Below, piece by piece: positions 34,652 to 36,358 of a stretch of DNA of 36,358 nt. The stretch covers positions 1 to 36,358 of the forward strand of contig JBGGMJ010000081.1 in assembly GCA_041288095.1 (NCBI GenBank). Direction: 5' to 3'. The position numbers and the translations under genes were made by a program. This DNA is from Myxococcota bacterium (lineage in GTDB: Bacteria; Myxococcota; XYA12-FULL-58-9; JALHOP01). Within the stretch, counting starts at the first letter, position 1; the number at the start of each line of letters is the position of its first letter. The notes below the pieces were generated by a model. It saw nothing but the letters and a program-made list of their open reading frames with translations, made no database searches and was not told the DNA's origin.

Positions 34652-36358
34652 CTAAGCCCGGGATGGTTCCAACGTGACGATGATGGACTTGTACGTAGGC
34701 GTGTTGCTGCCGGGGACGACGCTGTCGACGGGTACGAGCACGTTGGCTTCGGGGAAGTAGGCGGCGGCGCAGCGCTCGGGGATCTCGTAAGGGACGACCA
34801 TGAAACGGTCGGCCCGCCGCGTGGAGGTGCCGAAGTGACTGACGATGTCGACGTATTGGCCGCTTGCCAAGCCGCGTGCGCGGATGTCGGCCTGGTTGAG
34901 GAAGACGACACGGCGGCCGTTCTTTATGCCGCGATAGCGGTCATCGAGGCCGTAGATCGTCGTATTGAATTGATCGTGGCTACGCAGGGTCATCAATACG
35001 AGCTGCTCTGAGCCGAGCTCGGTCCGCGGCAGCGGATAGACCGTGAACTGCGCGCGCCCGCTCGGGGTCGCGAAGGTTTGGCTGTCTCGCACCGGGTTCG
35101 GAAGATAAAAGCCGACGGACTCGCGCAAGCGTTCGTTGTAACGCTCGAAGCCGGGGATCACGCGCTCGATGCTGTCGCGGATCCGGTCGTAGGCGGCGCA
35201 CCACCCGGCCCAGTCGACGGCCCCGCGCTGCGAAGGCGGTAACACGGCACGCGCCAGGTCACAGACGATGGCAACCTCGCTCTTCACGTGCTCGGACGGC
35301 GGCGCGAGCGCTCCGCGCGAAGGCTGGACGACGCTCATCGAATTCTCGGTGCTGATGATCTGCTCGCCGCTCGCTTGTTCGTCACGGTCGGAGCGCGCCA
35401 AGCACGGCAGGATGAGGGCGACGCGCCCGTGCACGAGATGCGAGCGATTGAGCTTCGTCGACACCTGCACGGTGAGGCGTGTGCGTCTCAGCGCTTCCGC
35501 GGTGAACGTCGTGTCGGGCGTCGCGGACAGGAAGTTCCCCCCCATGGCGAAGAAGACCTTGGCGCGGCCGTCATGCATGGCCCGGATGGCGTCCACCGTG
35601 TCGTAACCATGGGCTTCGGGCAGGGCTACGCCGAGCTCATGGCCGAGCGCCGCGAGGAAACCTGGCGACGGCTTCTCGTAGATGCCCATCGTCCGGTCGC
35701 CCTGGACGTTGCTGTGGCCGCGCACCGGGCAAGCGCCGGCACCCTGTCTGCCGAGGTGGCCGCCGAGCAACAGGAGGTTCGCGACGTACTGAATGGCGGC
35801 AACGCCGTGGGTCTGCTGGGTAAGGCCCATCGCCCAGCAGCAAATGGTGGCCTTCGACTTGGCGAGGATGTTCGCGGCTTCGTCGATGAGCGCGCGTGTG
35901 ACACCGCTTTCGCGGACGATGTCATCCCATTGCGTATCGGCGAGACTCGCTTCGAGCTGCTCGAAGCCGTGGGTTTTGGCGGCGATGAAGGCGCGGTCGA
36001 GCGCGTTCATGGCGATGAGCTGCTTCATCAGGCCCGAGAGCAGTGCGACGTCGCCGCCGACACGCACGGGCAGATGGAGCTTCGCGACCTCGGTGCCGCT
36101 CCCCAGCCAGCGCCAGAAGTGTTGCGGATGCGTGAAGGCCTTGAGTCCGGTCTCGAACAAAGGGTTCACGCTGATGACGCTGGCGCCGCGGCGTGCAGCG
36201 CGTTGCAGCGTGGTCAACATGCGCGGGTGGTTGGTCCCTGGGTTCTGGCCTATGACCATGATGCAGTCGGCGTGGTCGAAGTCCTCGAGCGTGACGGTGC
36301 CCTTGGCCACGCCGATGCTCTGTTTCAGCGCGACGCCGCTCGACTCGTGGCACATGTT
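34652..36358 (-). CDS. FdhF/YdeP family molybdopterin oxidoreductase (5' truncated by window edge)
   Basis: NMCHESSG, GQNPGTNHPRML, WAMGLTQ, PVRGHSNVQGDRTMG, STKLNRSH, LRSHDQFNTTIYG.DDRYRG, YFPEANVL. Confidence 0.95.
   Translation of the reverse strand, partial: NMCHESSGVALKQSIGVAKGTVTLEDFDHADCIMVIGQNPGTNHPRMLTTLQRAARRGASVISVNPLFETGLKAFTHPQHFWRWLGSGTEVAKLHLPVRVGGDVALLSGLMKQLIAMNALDRAFIAAKTHGFEQLEASLADTQWDDIVRESGVTRALIDEAANILAKSKATICCWAMGLTQQTHGVAAIQYVANLLLLGGHLGRQGAGACPVRGHSNVQGDRTMGIYEKPSPGFLAALGHELGVALPEAHGYDTVDAIRAMHDGRAKVFFAMGGNFLSATPDTTFTAEALRRTRLTVQVSTKLNRSHLVHGRVALILPCLARSDRDEQASGEQIISTENSMSVVQPSRGALAPPSEHVKSEVAIVCDLARAVLPPSQRGAVDWAGWCAAYDRIRDSIERVIPGFERYNERLRESVGFYLPNPVRDSQTFATPSGRAQFTVYPLPRTELGSEQLVLMTLRSHDQFNTTIYGLDDRYRGIKNGRRVVFLNQADIRARGLASGQYVDIVSHFGTSTRRADRFMVVPYEIPERCAAAYFPEANVLVPVDSVVPGSNTPTYKSIIVTLEPSRA

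Noticed and set aside
1-36358. tRNA/rRNA genes, integrases, transposases, prophage genes
   Set aside because: None recognised by eye; composition appears uniform, with no clear island boundary.

Overview
High-GC, Myxococcota-like chromosomal window. The taxon is inferred from a DUF1592/DUF1552 pair, Myxococcus-type Cys-rich repeats, many lipoproteins and a eukaryote-like AGPS. Nearly all of the ~27 genes are on the minus strand. Left to right: 3' end of an HNH endonuclease (missed by the ORF track), M20 amidohydrolase, DUF1552 + heme-bearing DUF1592 pair, HHxxxDG acyltransferase, small lipoprotein, diheme cytochrome c, alkyl-DHAP synthase, a disordered Gly/Pro/Arg protein, xth, a small secreted CxCxC peptide (+), panE, PR-1-like CAP lipoprotein, teneurin-like NHL lipoprotein, TPR + 2x cNMP protein, Cys-rich lipoprotein, TauE, GPAT/DHAPAT-like acyltransferase, orphan membrane protein (+), alkyltransferase-like protein, Asp-box beta-propeller protein, lipoprotein, SWIM-SNF2 ATPase, czcCBA-type RND pump and a partial FdhF/YdeP oxidoreductase. 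The best candidate for an undescribed system is a textbook cobalamin riboswitch (minus strand, ~24626-24812). It sits upstream of a secreted beta-propeller fused to a TolC-half-like C-terminal domain rather than btuB or a cob gene, and that gene is translationally coupled to an ATL gene. Other points of interest: a possible ether-lipid gene neighbourhood, a plant CAPE-peptide motif on the CAP protein, and a Fur-family-like box upstream of the czc operon. All calls come from motif reading only; no searches were run.
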